From contig CAVUWA010000002.1 in assembly GCA_963744995.1 (NCBI GenBank), positions 1,172,079 through 1,236,078 of the forward strand: DNA of 64,000 nucleotides, given 5' to 3'. The notes beneath the pieces were generated by a model that was given only the letters and a program-made list of their open reading frames with translations, was not told the origin of the DNA and did no database searches. The DNA is from Candidatus Eiseniibacteriota bacterium (GTDB lineage Bacteria; Eisenbacteria; RBG-16-71-46). How positions within the stretch are numbered: the first letter of the stretch is position 1; the number at the start of each line of letters is the position of its first letter. The position numbers and the translations under genes are program-made. Shown piece after piece: positions 29,711-40,779 of the stretch.

Positions 29711-30065
29711 CTACCGTTCGCTCCACACCGCCAGCTCGTTGCCCGCCGGGTCGGTGAAGTGGAAGCGCCGCCCGCCCGGGAACGAGAAGATCGGCTTCTC
29801 GATCCGGCCGCCGGCGGCCCTGCACGGCGGCCTCGATCGCCTCGAGATCGTTCGCGTACATGATCACCAGCGCGGCGCCGCGACCGGCCTTCGACTGTGT
29901 GGTGAAACCACCGTTCAGCCGGCCGTCGGCGAAGGCGACGTAGTCGGGCCCGAAGTCGGTGAAGGTCCATCCGAAGACGCTCGAGTAGAACGTTTTGATC
30001 GCGGCGAGATCGCTGGCGCCGAACTCCACGTAGTCGACGCGGCGGTCGTGATCGGACTGCGGCAT
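29711..30065 (-). pseudogene. VOC/glyoxalase protein, frameshifted near 29817 (decay or sequencing indel)
   Basis: VDYVEF...FYSSVFGWTF in one frame; GGRIEKPIFSFPGGRRFHFTDPAGNELAVWS in another. Confidence 0.8.
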
Positions 30066-30231
30066 GGGACACCTCCTGCGCACGGCGGGGACGGCCGCGC
30101 GCAACGGACTGCGGGGAAAGCGCAAACCTAGTCGCGGACGGGTGCGGCCGCAAGGGGGTCGGCGGCGGGCGCCGTGCCATCGTCGCGCCGGGCACCGCGG
30201 GCGACCCGGTGGCGCGGCGTGCGGGTTCGCC

Positions 30232-30819
30232 TCAGCGCACGACCGTGCGGAACGAAAGCGGCCGCTGCAGGCGCTCGAACCCCGTGCGCGCGGGCACGTC
30301 CATCTCGGCGATCACGCGTTCCAGATTGCGCATGGTGTTGAGATCGTCGATCACTCCCGGCGCGGGCGGCGGCCCGTCGGCGAGCACGATGACCCGCACC
30401 GGCACGCCGAGCAGGTTCCAGATCTCGACCGCGCCGCGCGTGGGCGGATAACCGGGCAGCAGCACGGCGACGTCCAGGTCCGGAGGCGCGAGCTTGAGCG
30501 CCTCGAGCGGGGCGTAATCCTTCGGCCACGCCGGCAGGGCGATCACCACGTGGGCGAGGCCGTAGACCTGCTGCAGGTCATAGAGCTCGTTCGAGGTCGG
30601 CAGGCGCTCGAAGGTCACCGTGGTGCCGAGCGCGAGATCGCTGCGATCGAGGATCAGCGGAGCGCACGGCTCGCGGTAGTGCGCGTCGGAGAACGGGCTG
30701 CCGAGCGGCGAGGGGTTCTCCGCCGCGGGCGGCTCCGCGGCCGGGAGCGTCGCGCAGCCGGCGGCCGCGAGCGCGAGGAGCGCGAGCCACGAGGCGGCGC
30801 GCGGAACGAGGCGAGACAT
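30232..30819 (-). CDS. Hypothetical lipoprotein
   Basis: SD GGAGG; lipobox AAAGC. Confidence 0.65.
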   Translation of the reverse strand: MSRLVPRAASWLALLALAAAGCATLPAAEPPAAENPSPLGSPFSDAHYREPCAPLILDRSDLALGTTVTFERLPTSNELYDLQQVYGLAHVVIALPAWPKDYAPLEALKLAPPDLDVAVLLPGYPPTRGAVEIWNLLGVPVRVIVLADGPPPAPGVIDDLNTMRNLERVIAEMDVPARTGFERLQRPLSFRTVVR

Positions 30820-30872
30820 GGCGTCCTCCGGATGTATGGGTCACGCCGCGCGGACGCGCGGCGCCGGAGAGC

Positions 30873-32873
30873 CTAGCGGATCACGGTGCCGCGCGCGGTG
30901 AGGATGCGGTGGCCGTACACCAGCCGCACCAGATAGAAGCCCGGGGGGACCGGGCTGCCGGCGCCGAGGTCCACGACGTGGCGTCCGGGCTCGAGCGAGC
31001 CGAGATCGCGCCAGCGCATGCGCCGGCCGGCGACATCGATCAGCTCCAGCATGCCGGGGGCGGTGGCCGGCACGCTGAACGCCACCCGAACGTCGCCGTG
31101 CGCCGGGTTCGGCACCATCCCGGCGAGCGCCAGCACCGGCGCGGCCGCCGTTTCGACCCACACTTCACCCATGTAGTCGCGGCCGTTCGCGGTGGGGCGC
31201 GCGAGGCGGTAGCCATAGCGCGCGCCGGGCACGACGTTGCGGTCTTCGATCTCGATGGTGCCGTCCGCGCCGGGCACGTGCGCGCCGAGATCCGCCCAGT
31301 CGGCGTCGTCCTTCCGGCGCTGCACGACCAGCTCGAAGCTCGCGCCCGTCTGGGCGCGCCAGGTGACGACGATACGGTCGCGCCCGACATCGGTCGACGC
31401 CACGGTGACCGCCTCGGCGCCGAGGCCCCGGGCGCCGACCCGCGCAGCGAACAGGCGCGCGTCCGCGACGCCCTGCTCCCAGGCGACGACCACGCCGCCC
31501 GCGGCGTCGCTCGTCGCGGCCGGAGCGACCTGCCCCGCGGCGTCGCTGGCGAGCCGCAGACCTTCCGAAGGCCAGCCGGGCGCCGGCACGCCCGCGCCGG
31601 TGAGGTACTGGCCATAGACGTGCCCCGTTCCTTCGCGAAAGTCCTGCCACGTGCCGAACACGCCGCCCGCGCCGTCGGGCACGATGGACGGGTTCACCTG
31701 GTAGCCGCCCGCGCTCGAGAGTGCGCGGCCGTCGTTCGGCCACCCCGCGACGCGCCGTCCCGCGCCGTCGACGCGCTGCGCGTAGATCGAGGTGCCGCTT
31801 CCCGAACGGTCGTCTTCCCACGTCGCGAACACGCCCCCCGTGCCGTCCGGCTGGAGCGCGAGGGCGTCCTTGCCGCTCGGGTAGCTCGCGAGCGTGATCC
31901 CGTCACCGGGCCAGTCCTGCGCCGCATGGCCGTTGCCTTCGATCCGCGCGAGGAACAGGTCGGGCGTGCCGCGGCGCAGGTCGCGCCACGCGATGAACGC
32001 GCCGCCCGCCGCGTCGCGGACCGCGCGCACGAGATCCTGGCGGCCGATCGACGGACTGATCTGCAGTCCGCCGGTCGGCCAGCCGTCGGCGCGGCGTCCG
32101 CGCCACGTGATGCGCTGCACGAACGCCCCGCTCACGCCGCCGCGCAGATCCTCCCAGACGACGAACGCGCCGTTGGCGTCGTCGGGGACGAGGTGCGGCT
32201 GGAACTGCCCGCCGGAGGTCGGCGTCACGGGCTCGCCGTTGGTGGGCCAGCCGATCTCCACCGTCGCGTCGACGGCGATGCGCTGCACGTAGATCGCCGA
32301 GGTCGGGCCGCGCCGGTCTTCCCAGGCGACCAGCACGCCGCGCGTGCCGTCGGCCGCGATGGCCGGGGTGAGCTGCGGAACATCCGCGGTGCACGCGGGC
32401 ATGCCGTCGCGGGGCCAGGCGGGATCGCGGCGCCCGTCGCCGAGCACGTGCTGCACGAAGACGCTCGGCACGCTGCCGCGCAGGTCCTGCCACGCGACGT
32501 ACACGCCTCCCGAGCCGTCGGTCGCGAGCCGCGGCGCATACTGGCCGCGCTCGGCGAGACACGCAGCCGTGCCTCCCGGCGGCCAGCCCGCCGCCGGCCG
32601 GCCGGCCTGGCCGAGATGCTGAACGTAGACATCCGTGTCGCTGCCGCGTTCGTCGACCCAGGCGAAGAAGGCGCCGCCCGCCCCGTCGGGAAGCGGGGCC
32701 ACGTCGTACTGGGGGCCGGCACCCGTGGCGACCGGGCGGCCCACGGTGGAATGGAACAGGGAGTCGGCCGCAGGATCCTGGGCCGCCGCCGGGCCGGGGG
32801 CGGAGAGGGCGAGCCAGACCGCGGCCAGCATGGCCGGGCGCACGGGGATCCGGGGCCCCTCGTTGGGGATCAT
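30873..32873 (-). CDS. Secreted repeat (propeller-like) protein with FlgD/T9SS-like C-terminal domain
   Basis: About 8 repeats DGxGGxxxxWxDxR...Y.Q...GWP..G; PNP...DVAGR...PGFYLVRL C-terminus. Confidence 0.8.
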   Translation of the reverse strand: MIPNEGPRIPVRPAMLAAVWLALSAPGPAAAQDPAADSLFHSTVGRPVATGAGPQYDVAPLPDGAGGAFFAWVDERGSDTDVYVQHLGQAGRPAAGWPPGGTAACLAERGQYAPRLATDGSGGVYVAWQDLRGSVPSVFVQHVLGDGRRDPAWPRDGMPACTADVPQLTPAIAADGTRGVLVAWEDRRGPTSAIYVQRIAVDATVEIGWPTNGEPVTPTSGGQFQPHLVPDDANGAFVVWEDLRGGVSGAFVQRITWRGRRADGWPTGGLQISPSIGRQDLVRAVRDAAGGAFIAWRDLRRGTPDLFLARIEGNGHAAQDWPGDGITLASYPSGKDALALQPDGTGGVFATWEDDRSGSGTSIYAQRVDGAGRRVAGWPNDGRALSSAGGYQVNPSIVPDGAGGVFGTWQDFREGTGHVYGQYLTGAGVPAPGWPSEGLRLASDAAGQVAPAATSDAAGGVVVAWEQGVADARLFAARVGARGLGAEAVTVASTDVGRDRIVVTWRAQTGASFELVVQRRKDDADWADLGAHVPGADGTIEIEDRNVVPGARYGYRLARPTANGRDYMGEVWVETAAAPVLALAGMVPNPAHGDVRVAFSVPATAPGMLELIDVAGRRMRWRDLGSLEPGRHVVDLGAGSPVPPGFYLVRLVYGHRILTARGTVIR

Positions 32874-33172
32874 TCGACAACCTCGGGTGCGATGCGGTGC
32901 GAAGGTGCGGGCGGTTGTGAGATGCCTTTCTAACGCGGCTGGATGGCCGGTTCAAGCGCGTTCTGGCGGCGGGCCTCTGCCGGCCGCCGCCGCGAGGGGG
33001 CGCGCAGAGGCAGCCCCGGGAGCGCGCTCGCGAACCCTTGACAGAACGGCGCTTAGGATGGTAGAAACACCCGTTCTGCGACCTGCCTTCAGAGTGTCTC
33101 GCGCTCCCGCGCGGCGGTCGTCGACCGCTCGGACACCCATCGATCAGGTACGAATCCGGAGAACCACGACAC

Positions 33173-33484
33173 ATGTACGCCATCGTCAAAATCAACGGCG
33201 TTCAGACGCGCGTGACGCCCGACGAGGTGCTGTTCGTGCCGCGGCTGAAAGGCGAGCCCGGCGCGAAGCTGACCTTCGATCAGGTGCTGCTCGTCGCGGA
33301 CGGCGAGAAGATTGCCTTCGGGCAGCCCTATGTGAAGGGCGCCAGCCTCACCGCCGAACTCATGGAGCACACGCGCGGGCCGAAGCTGCATGGTTTCAAG
33401 TTCAAGCGCCGGAAGGACTATCGGCGCCGCTGGGGGCACCGCGATTCGCTGACGCGGATCAAGGTCACCGGCATCAAGGCATAG
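33173..33484 (+). CDS. rplU: 50S ribosomal protein L21
   Basis: [26 protein letters not shown]. Confidence 0.95.
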   Translation: MYAIVKINGVQTRVTPDEVLFVPRLKGEPGAKLTFDQVLLVADGEKIAFGQPYVKGASLTAELMEHTRGPKLHGFKFKRRKDYRRRWGHRDSLTRIKVTGIKA

Positions 33485-33498
33485 GGGACCCGTCAGTC

Positions 33499-33768
33499 AT
33501 GGCTCACAAAAAGGGACAGTCGTCCTCCAAGAACAACCGCGAATCCAACGCGCAGCGGCTGGGCGTCAAGCGCTTCGGCGGTGAGCTCGTCAGGGCCGGG
33601 AACATCCTGGTGCGCCAGCGCGGCACGAAGATCTTCCCCGGGAACAACGTCGGACTCGGCAAGGACGACACGCTGTTCGCGCTGGCCGACGGCCACGTGA
33701 AGTTCGTGCGCTACCGCGGCACGCGCCGCAAGGTGCACATCGTTCCGGTGGCGGCTGCGGAAGCGTAA
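33499..33768 (+). CDS. rpmA: 50S ribosomal protein L27
   Basis: MAHKKG...RLGVKRFGG...RQRGT...DDTLFAL. Confidence 0.97.
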   Translation: MAHKKGQSSSKNNRESNAQRLGVKRFGGELVRAGNILVRQRGTKIFPGNNVGLGKDDTLFALADGHVKFVRYRGTRRKVHIVPVAAAEA

Positions 33769-33791
33769 CCCCGCATCCTGTATGGAGACGG

Positions 33792-33828
33792 CGCCACGCC
33801 GCCCGGGCTTCGGGCGGCGTGGCGTTTT
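33792..33828 (+). terminator. Intrinsic terminator after rpmA
   Basis: 14-bp stem CGCCACGCCGCCCG/CGGGCGGCGTGGCG followed by TTTT. Confidence 0.85.
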
Positions 33829-33919
33829 CGTTGCGGGGCCCAGTTTGCCGCGCCGCGACGACTGTTCCGCGCCGGTTTGGTCTTTACGCCGAATACCGAC
33901 TCGTGGGAGGCATGACGCC

Positions 33920-34483
33920 ATGCGGAAACTGACCTATGGCATGAACCGGAGTCTGGACGGCTACATCGCCGCACCCGGCGACGACCTCGGCTGGAGCGTG
34001 CCGAGCGACGAGCTGTTCCAGTGGTGGTCCGACCGGGTGGGGGCGACGGGTCTGGCGCTGTACGGGCGCAAACTGTGGGAGACGATGAGCTCCCACTGGC
34101 CGACCGCCGACCAGCAGCCTGGCGCCACACCGGCGCAGATCGAGTTCGCCCGCCGCTGGCGGGACATGCCGAAGGTGGTGTTCTCCTCGACGACCAGCGT
34201 GGTCGACTGGAACGCCCGCCTGGTTGCCGGCGACGCTGTGACCGAGATCACCCGGCTCAAGACTGAGGATGGCGGTCCCATGGACGTCGGCGGCGCCACT
34301 CTCGCCGCGGCGGCCATGCGGGCCGCGCTGATCGACGAGTACGCGATCGTCACCCACCCGGTCCTGGTGGGCGGCGGCACGCCGTTCTTCACGGCCCTGG
34401 ACAACTGGGTGAACCTGAACCTGGTGGAAACCCGGACGTTTCCCGACGGCGTGCTCCTGACCAGGTACGAGACCAGGCGCTGA
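33920..34483 (+). CDS. RibD C-terminal/DHFR-like protein
   Basis: SLDGYIA, LYGRKLWE, PKVVFS, GGATLA, IDEY, PVLVGGG. Confidence 0.9.
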   Translation: MRKLTYGMNRSLDGYIAAPGDDLGWSVPSDELFQWWSDRVGATGLALYGRKLWETMSSHWPTADQQPGATPAQIEFARRWRDMPKVVFSSTTSVVDWNARLVAGDAVTEITRLKTEDGGPMDVGGATLAAAAMRAALIDEYAIVTHPVLVGGGTPFFTALDNWVNLNLVETRTFPDGVLLTRYETRR

Positions 34484-34668
34484 ATGCCCGACCTCGAATC
34501 GGCGCGGGCTCGGCGCACGCCCCGCCCCGGTTTGACGCTGCGAACGCCGCTGGCGATACTCCGTCGCCCGATGTCGCACCACACACGAAACGCTGGCGCA
34601 TGCGCTTCGATAGGGCGTGGCGCCCGCGTTCCCGCCTCCCGATCGCAGCCCGAACCCGAGGTCCGGCC

Positions 34669-35322
34669 ATGTCCCCCAGGGCGTGGCTGAGGGCCGGCGT
34701 CGTCCTGCTGGTGCTGGCGGGGGCAGTGACGCTCTACGCGCTGCTCGCGCCGCGCCTGCTGCCGCTGCCCGTGTACATGACGGTCCCGGACGTGACGCTG
34801 ATCGATGAAACCGGGCAGCCGTTCGCGCTGAACGCAACGCGCGGGAAGGTCGTGGTGCTGGCCCCGGTCTACACCCACTGCCCGGACGTGTGCCCGCTCA
34901 CGCTGTCCAAGCTGCAGGCCCTGCAGCAGCGACTCCGGCGGACCGGCCTCGATGGCGAGGTGCGGCTGGTCGCCTTCACCGTGGATCCCGAGCGCGACGA
35001 CGTGGCGGTGCTGCACCGGCTCGCGAATTCGCTCGACGCCGATCCGAAGATCTGGAAGTTCCTCACCGGGTCGAACGAGGCCGTCGGGCGACTCGTCTCG
35101 GGGATGGGCATCTACGTCGGCCGCGCACGCGTCGACGGGACGGCGCTCCCGGAGAGCGCGGTCGCCGGCCTCGTCGCCGCAGGGAAGCCGTACCTCGTCA
35201 ATCACACCGACCGGCTGTTCCTCGCCGACCGGCAGGGCCGAGTGCGCGCGCTGTCGCCCGGCAGCGGGGCGGATGTCGACCAGGTCATGAGCACGCTGCG
35301 AAGGATCATCGCGGGATCATGA
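34669..35322 (+). CDS. SCO1/SenC copper chaperone
   Basis: YTHCPDVCP, TVDPERD, conserved His in VNHT. Confidence 0.9.
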   Translation: MSPRAWLRAGVVLLVLAGAVTLYALLAPRLLPLPVYMTVPDVTLIDETGQPFALNATRGKVVVLAPVYTHCPDVCPLTLSKLQALQQRLRRTGLDGEVRLVAFTVDPERDDVAVLHRLANSLDADPKIWKFLTGSNEAVGRLVSGMGIYVGRARVDGTALPESAVAGLVAAGKPYLVNHTDRLFLADRQGRVRALSPGSGADVDQVMSTLRRIIAGS

Positions 35323-35831
35323 AGAACGGGCCCCGTCTCCTTGGGCGTTCACGCAACGCTGCGATGGTTCTCCTCGTGGCGCTCACGCTGCTCGCGGCCG
35401 CGGGCTGCGGCGCCGGTAGCACCCGGGCGCCCCAGATCCGCGTCGAAGGAGCCTGGGCGCGGCCCGCCGCGAACTCCGTCAGTGGGGGCACGCACGGCGG
35501 CGGCCGCGGCGGCGTGAGCGCTGCGTACTTCACGATCTTCAACGACGGCGGCACGCCGGACACGCTCACAGGCGTGAGCACGGACGCCGCCGCCGAAGTG
35601 AGCCTCCACAAGAGCGTCCACCAGAGCGGCGTCGCGAAGATGCTGCCGATCGAGCGTCTCGTGGTGCCCGCGGGTGGCCGGGTCGCGCTCCAGCCCGGCG
35701 GCAACCATGTCATGATGATGGGCGTGACGCGGGCGCTCGAGCCGGGCGCGGACGTCCGACTGGCGCTGCACTTCCGAACCAGCGGCACGGTCTACGTCGA
35801 CGCGCGGGTTGGGGCCGGGGCGCCGCGATGA
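35319..35831 (+). CDS. PCu(A)C copper chaperone lipoprotein
   Basis: AWAR, SAAYF, LH, PGGNHVM. Confidence 0.9.
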   Translation: MKNGPRLLGRSRNAAMVLLVALTLLAAAGCGAGSTRAPQIRVEGAWARPAANSVSGGTHGGGRGGVSAAYFTIFNDGGTPDTLTGVSTDAAAEVSLHKSVHQSGVAKMLPIERLVVPAGGRVALQPGGNHVMMMGVTRALEPGADVRLALHFRTSGTVYVDARVGAGAPR

Positions 35832-36559
35832 ACACACCGTGGCTGATCGCGGTCGGGCTGGTCGCGCTGGGCTCATACGTCGTCGCATTGAGCCGCACCG
35901 CTCAGCGCTGGGCGCCGGCCACGCAGTGGCGCCGGCTGTTCGCGTTCGGCGCCGGTGTGGTCGCGGCGCTCGTCGCGCTGGTGCCGTCGCCGGCGCTGTT
36001 CGGGGCGGATCACCGCTTCACGACCAACATGGGGCAGCTCCTGCTGATGCTGGAGGTTGCAGCGCCGCTGATGATGGTCGGAACGCGCGACATGATCCCG
36101 GCGCCGCCGCCCGCGTGGGAGGCGCTCGGCAGGCGCGTTTCGAAGCCGCTGATGGCGGGTGTGATCAGCAGCGTCGTGCTGATCGGCTGGCATCTGCCGG
36201 CACTGTTCGAGAAGGCGTCGGGCAGCATTCCGATCTGGTCGTTCAAGGAAGTGCTGCTGCTCGGCGTCGGGATGGTGGGCTGGGCGCCGGTGTTCGCCCC
36301 GTTCGCCGCGTGGCGGGCGCCCCATGGGATGCAGCTCCTCTACCTGTTCGTGTGGCGCACGCCCATGATGGTCCTCGCGGCCATGATCACGTTCGCAACC
36401 GAGCTGATCTACACCGGGCGATCGGCCGGCCTCGAGATCTGCGCGCCGGCATCGGTGGGAGACCAGCAGGCCGCGGGGCTGGTCATGATGGCCTTGAGCG
36501 GCGTGGTCGTGTTCGGGACGTTCAGCGTGATCTTCTTCCGCTGGGCCGCGGAGAAATGA
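35828..36559 (+). CDS. CtaG (caa3-type) cytochrome c oxidase assembly-like membrane protein
   Basis: WHLPALF, DQQAAGLVM; follows SCO and PCuAC. Confidence 0.75.
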   Translation: MNTPWLIAVGLVALGSYVVALSRTAQRWAPATQWRRLFAFGAGVVAALVALVPSPALFGADHRFTTNMGQLLLMLEVAAPLMMVGTRDMIPAPPPAWEALGRRVSKPLMAGVISSVVLIGWHLPALFEKASGSIPIWSFKEVLLLGVGMVGWAPVFAPFAAWRAPHGMQLLYLFVWRTPMMVLAAMITFATELIYTGRSAGLEICAPASVGDQQAAGLVMMALSGVVVFGTFSVIFFRWAAEK

Positions 36560-36576
36560 GGCGGCGCGTGCGGACA

Positions 36577-36815
36577 TCACACTCGTGTGCGAATCCGATT
36601 GAGATAGACATCGCCACCGGAGTGGTAGCCGAAGTACGCGCCTCCCGCGACGTCCTGAGCCACTCCGAGGGTGCTGCCGATGAGCCCACCGATCATCGCG
36701 ATGTTGTACAGAACTTTGCCGCCCGCGAGGATCCGCGCGTACCGGATGTTGTAGCCGGTTTCGCCCCTCTCAAGGCATGCGATGGCCACGCCGCCTGAGC
36801 TGTCCGGAGACATGC
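36577..36815 (-). pseudogene. Fragment of a DGxGG-repeat protein
   Basis: PDSSGGVAIA and DVAGGAYFGY resemble the repeats of 30873-32873. Confidence 0.35.
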
Positions 36816-36868
36816 GGACGCCGTGGATGCCAAACACGAGTTCTCCGAGAGATCTTCAGCCGCGCGAA

Positions 36869-37594
36869 TTAGCGATACATCGCCTTCACCTTGCCCCACG
36901 TGGTGGCCTGGGTCGGGGCCGCGTTGCACGAACCACCGTTCCAGCTCACGCAGGAGTGACCGTCGTCCGGCTGGCCGCGGAGCTCGATCACCGCACCGCT
37001 CGCACCGGTCAGAAACATGACCGGCGAGAAGAGCGCCACGGGATCCGAGCAGCCCGAACAGACGTCCGTGCTGGCATTCGTGATCTCCCAGATCCAACCG
37101 AAGTAGTTGGTCCCGGCGCTGATCGAGGTCGGATTCCAGGTATTGCGCGCGATCGCGAACACGGCGCGGTTCTTGAATGGCGCGCCATACTGCTCGGCGT
37201 AGCCGGTGAACAGGCCGATCGCGGACGTAGCGCCGTCCCAGGTGTCCTGGCAGACGCCGCCACCAGCGCTGGCGGTGCTGTAGATGCTGATGTTGATGCT
37301 GGCCGCCGTCATACGGCAGGTGCCCACGTTCTTGAACGACCACCAGGGAACCGGCGTGCCGTTGTCGAAATTGATGTCGATCGTGCCGTCGATCGTGGTG
37401 AAGTCAGGAATCGAGCCCGTGGGCGTGTAGCTGACGACCAGGCGATTGATGCCGTCGTTGCTGGTGCAGGCGTTCACACGAGCGACCGCACCACCGTCCA
37501 CCAGGCAGTCATTCCAGGCAACCTGGATCTGCGCCGCAGCGGTCGAAGCCGTGAGCGCAAGCAACCCGGTGCAGATAAGGAGAATCTTCTTCAT
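36869..37594 (-). CDS. Secreted Cys-rich protein ending PTQATTWGKVKAMYR
   Basis: SD GGAGG; MKK signal peptide; C-terminal tag. Confidence 0.85.
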   Translation of the reverse strand: MKKILLICTGLLALTASTAAAQIQVAWNDCLVDGGAVARVNACTSNDGINRLVVSYTPTGSIPDFTTIDGTIDINFDNGTPVPWWSFKNVGTCRMTAASINISIYSTASAGGGVCQDTWDGATSAIGLFTGYAEQYGAPFKNRAVFAIARNTWNPTSISAGTNYFGWIWEITNASTDVCSGCSDPVALFSPVMFLTGASGAVIELRGQPDDGHSCVSWNGGSCNAAPTQATTWGKVKAMYR

Positions 37595-37727
37595 TGTTGC
37601 CTCCACAAATCATGAACCCACACGAAGCGGGGGGACAGGGGGAAACTTCGAACCGAGCTTCTCTTGCGCTGAGAGCCACATTAAGACGGGGCGCCACGAG
37701 CACCTGAAGGAACCGCACCGTGGCTCA

Positions 37728-37888
37728 CCGGATCAGGAAGATCCAGCAGGTGAAGCGGCGCTCACGCGGCTTCCGCAGCCGCGAGCGCTTCAAGATGTCG
37801 ATCTACTTCCACTGCGGCGGGCTCGAGCTCCACCCGGCCGGCGCTGCGCTCAGGCACTGAATGCACCCACACGAATTCCAGAAGAGCC
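37728..37888 (+). mobile_element. ISL3-family remnant (transposase C-terminus plus right end)
   Basis: KIQQVKRRSRGFRSRERFKMSIYFHCGGLELHP; ends CCCACACGAATTCCAGAAGAGCC. Confidence 0.75.
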
Positions 37889-39034
37889 TTACTTCCTGTA
37901 TATCGACTTCAGCCGCCCCCAGCTGGTCTGCGACGTAGGGGTCACGCCGCATGCAGCATCCAGAGCTCCGATCAACCCGCATGCACTGGCGCCAGGCGCA
38001 CAGGGCGATGCCGCGTTGATCGAGTAGTCTCCGGATGATGAATTGCAGAAGAGGGGGTCGACTGAAAGGTTGCCCTGGCCTGAAGCGTCCGAGAGGAGAT
38101 AGTCGGGCCCTTCATTCCCCCATGAGTCGTTGCAGTGCACGGGGCCCGGAGCCTGGATGCCGGCCCCTGAGGACCATCCCGGAAGTCCGCGATTGAGCGC
38201 GACGATGTTGTGACGAATGACCACGATCGTGGTGACGACGCGGATGCCTGCACCATGCGTGAAGCTGTTGTTGTTGTAGTTCCCGACGATCGTGTTGTTC
38301 GCAATCAGGATGCCGCCGCCGTAGATCCCGCCACCAAAGCTGTCGGACCAGTTCTCCAACACCACGTTCTCCGTGAATGAGGTGTAGTCAATCCTGGCCG
38401 CGCCGCCTCCCACATGGCAACCGTTGCCTTGGAAGAGATTCCTGCGGACTTCGGAGAGAGCGAAGAACCCTGTGTCATAAAAGCCCCCGCCAGAGTCGCC
38501 CGCGTAGTTGTTGCGGATCACGCTGTCCTCGATGACGCAGCCCGTGTTGTCAAGACCAAGATAGATGCCGCCCCCGACACCGAGGTCAAAAGGTAGCGCT
38601 TGGTTGTCCTCGATCACGCAGTTCCTGATCGTGGCGCTCCCCGCGCTGACGTGGACACCCGCGCCGTGCTGGCTGACCCCGTTTCGAATGGTGAGCCCCT
38701 CGATCACGCAGTCAGCGTCCGCGTAGATCACCCTGCCGATCTGCTGACCGTCGACGACAGTAGCCGTCGCGCCCGACTCCCCACGGAGTGTCAGTTGCTT
38801 TCCCAAGAGCTGCAGGTTCTCGTAGTAGGTGCCGGGAGCGATCGCGATCACGTCGCCCGAGGCGGCTGCAACGATGGCCTGCTGTATGGAGGAGTAGTCA
38901 GCAGGGACGCGAAGGGTGGCAGCATCGACCCTACCGGCAAATACGCCAATGGCGCTCAAGAGGGTGATAAGAATCGAACGAAGTGCAGGCACGATGACCA
39001 CCGACCGGGGGTGGAATGAGATGCGCCGTGTCAT
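37889..39034 (-). CDS. Right-handed beta-helix repeat secreted protein ending PTSQTSWGRLKSIYRK
   Basis: RVPADYSSIQQAI, PGTYYE, GGG/NN repeats, DPLFC...SPC. Confidence 0.85.
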   Translation of the reverse strand: MTRRISFHPRSVVIVPALRSILITLLSAIGVFAGRVDAATLRVPADYSSIQQAIVAAASGDVIAIAPGTYYENLQLLGKQLTLRGESGATATVVDGQQIGRVIYADADCVIEGLTIRNGVSQHGAGVHVSAGSATIRNCVIEDNQALPFDLGVGGGIYLGLDNTGCVIEDSVIRNNYAGDSGGGFYDTGFFALSEVRRNLFQGNGCHVGGGAARIDYTSFTENVVLENWSDSFGGGIYGGGILIANNTIVGNYNNNSFTHGAGIRVVTTIVVIRHNIVALNRGLPGWSSGAGIQAPGPVHCNDSWGNEGPDYLLSDASGQGNLSVDPLFCNSSSGDYSINAASPCAPGASACGLIGALDAACGVTPTSQTSWGRLKSIYRK

Positions 39035-39152
39035 CCGGCAGTCTTGATCCTCTTAGTAGAAGACGAATCCAGAATCCCCTCCTTTTCACGCCAAGTCTCC
39101 GCTAACTCTATCACCTCCGGTAACGGTCTCCGTGAGAAATTCGTGCATCGGA

Positions 39153-39730
39153 TCGATAGGAACTCGCACGCCCGCCGCACCCGGCCTGCGCCCGCATCAT
39201 CCTCCGCTCCAGCCTGAAGACCGAGCTCCGCCTGAGCCAAAGCAGCACGCTGGCCGCTTGACCCGGCCGCACGACCCCACGTCGAGGCCCATTCCGCCCG
39301 CACCGGCCGCTGCGCCGGCCCCGCCGCGCACCCCGAGCCCACCACGTGTCCCGGCATCTCGCGAGCGCGCCCAGGCGGGGGAGGGGATTCGGTCCCCGGC
39401 GTCCTGCGTCACGCCGCCGCGTCCGCCCAGGGCCCCGCGCGGGCGTCGATAGCGATCGAGCCGAAGGTCTGCACGCAGATGATCGCGCCGGGCGCGGCAT
39501 TGCGATCGCCGAGCGCCGCCTGCAGGTAGCGGCCCAGGACGCAGGCGGCGAGCCGGCTCAGGCCGCCGAGTCGGCGGCGGTCATACAGAAGGTAGGGGCG
39601 GAGGCGCCTGGGCAGCGTCAGCACGATCTGGCGATGCGGCACGGCGAGCAGCAGCAGCTCGCCCAACCACAGGCTCCACTCGGCCAGTCGCCGCCCATGG
39701 CAGGAAGGGCAGAACCGCCGCCGCCGGCAG
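39153..39730 (-). mobile_element. IS91/ISCR-like element, internally deleted and 5'-truncated
   Basis: oriIS-like end TTCCTATCGA; FCPSCH...VQTFGSIA joined at 39450 directly to IDARAGPWADAAA. Confidence 0.85.
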
Positions 39731-40030
39731 ACAGTCGTGGCTGGACACGCGCCAGAGTTTTCGCAGGCCAGATCCCTGCTCTATCCAGTCGTCAGGCGCT
39801 TGCAGAATCGCACAGGGCCGTTTTTGTCACATCCTTCTCATGTGGCACCGTAGAAATCGCATACGATGCGTCGCGTGTACCCTGGTTCCTGCGCTCGGAA
39901 TGGAGGGGGCCGGGGTCTGTCGTGAAGCTGGAACCGGCGCCGGGGCTGGCCAGGTATTTGGTTGAGGCCTAGGTTCCACTTCCCCGGGGATTGCTGATCC
40001 CCGGCCGCTCCCACGAATGGAGGAGAACCC

Positions 40031-40486
40031 ATGCCCATCACCACCCCGTCCGCCCCCGCTGTGTTCCTGGGAATGACCAACCGGGTGCTCGCGTCGCGAG
40101 ACGCGACCGACGGATCCGTGAGTGTCGTCGAGATCACCATCGGGCCCGGGGCGGGCGCCCCACCCCACACCAACCAGCGCGAGGCGCTGACCTGGTACGT
40201 GCTCGAGGGCGAGCTGACGTTCTTCGAAGGGACGACGCCCGTGACCCGGCGTGCCGGCGAGCTGATCTTCATGCCGGCCAACGGCGTCCACACGTTCCTG
40301 AACCAGACGGACAGGGACGCCCGGGCGCTGATGATCTGCACGCCGGGCGGCTTCGAGGGCTTCCTCGTCGACGTGGCCGCGGTCCTGCCTGACGAGGCGC
40401 CCGAAGGGCCGCCGCCCGCCGAGGGCGTGGCGGCCATGAAGCGTGTCGGCGCTCAATACGGGCTCACCTTCCATCTCGACCAGTAG
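40031..40486 (+). CDS. Cupin-domain protein
   Basis: PPH...E..YVLEGE, PANGVHTF, TPGGFE; SD GGAG. Confidence 0.85.
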   Translation: MPITTPSAPAVFLGMTNRVLASRDATDGSVSVVEITIGPGAGAPPHTNQREALTWYVLEGELTFFEGTTPVTRRAGELIFMPANGVHTFLNQTDRDARALMICTPGGFEGFLVDVAAVLPDEAPEGPPPAEGVAAMKRVGAQYGLTFHLDQ

Positions 40487-40779
40487 CGGACCCCGCGGAT
40501 TCGATGGGCGCCTGGACCACGCGCGTCAGCACTTCCGTTACGCGTGCCGATACGGGCTCCGTTCTCCGTCGTCGCAGTGCCCTCGCATGACCTGACCTGC
40601 CGAGTAGCGGGCGTTGGGCTCATACATTCTCTTGGCGACGTCACTCCATGACCTGGCCTAGGATGCAGCAGCAGCAAGTCTCAAGGCGGTGTCTATCGAG
40701 GTCTGACTGATCCAAGCAGACTGTGCCCCCTGGACGTGATGCTGCACGATAACGGAGCGGTGCTTCTCCCTCATTGACC

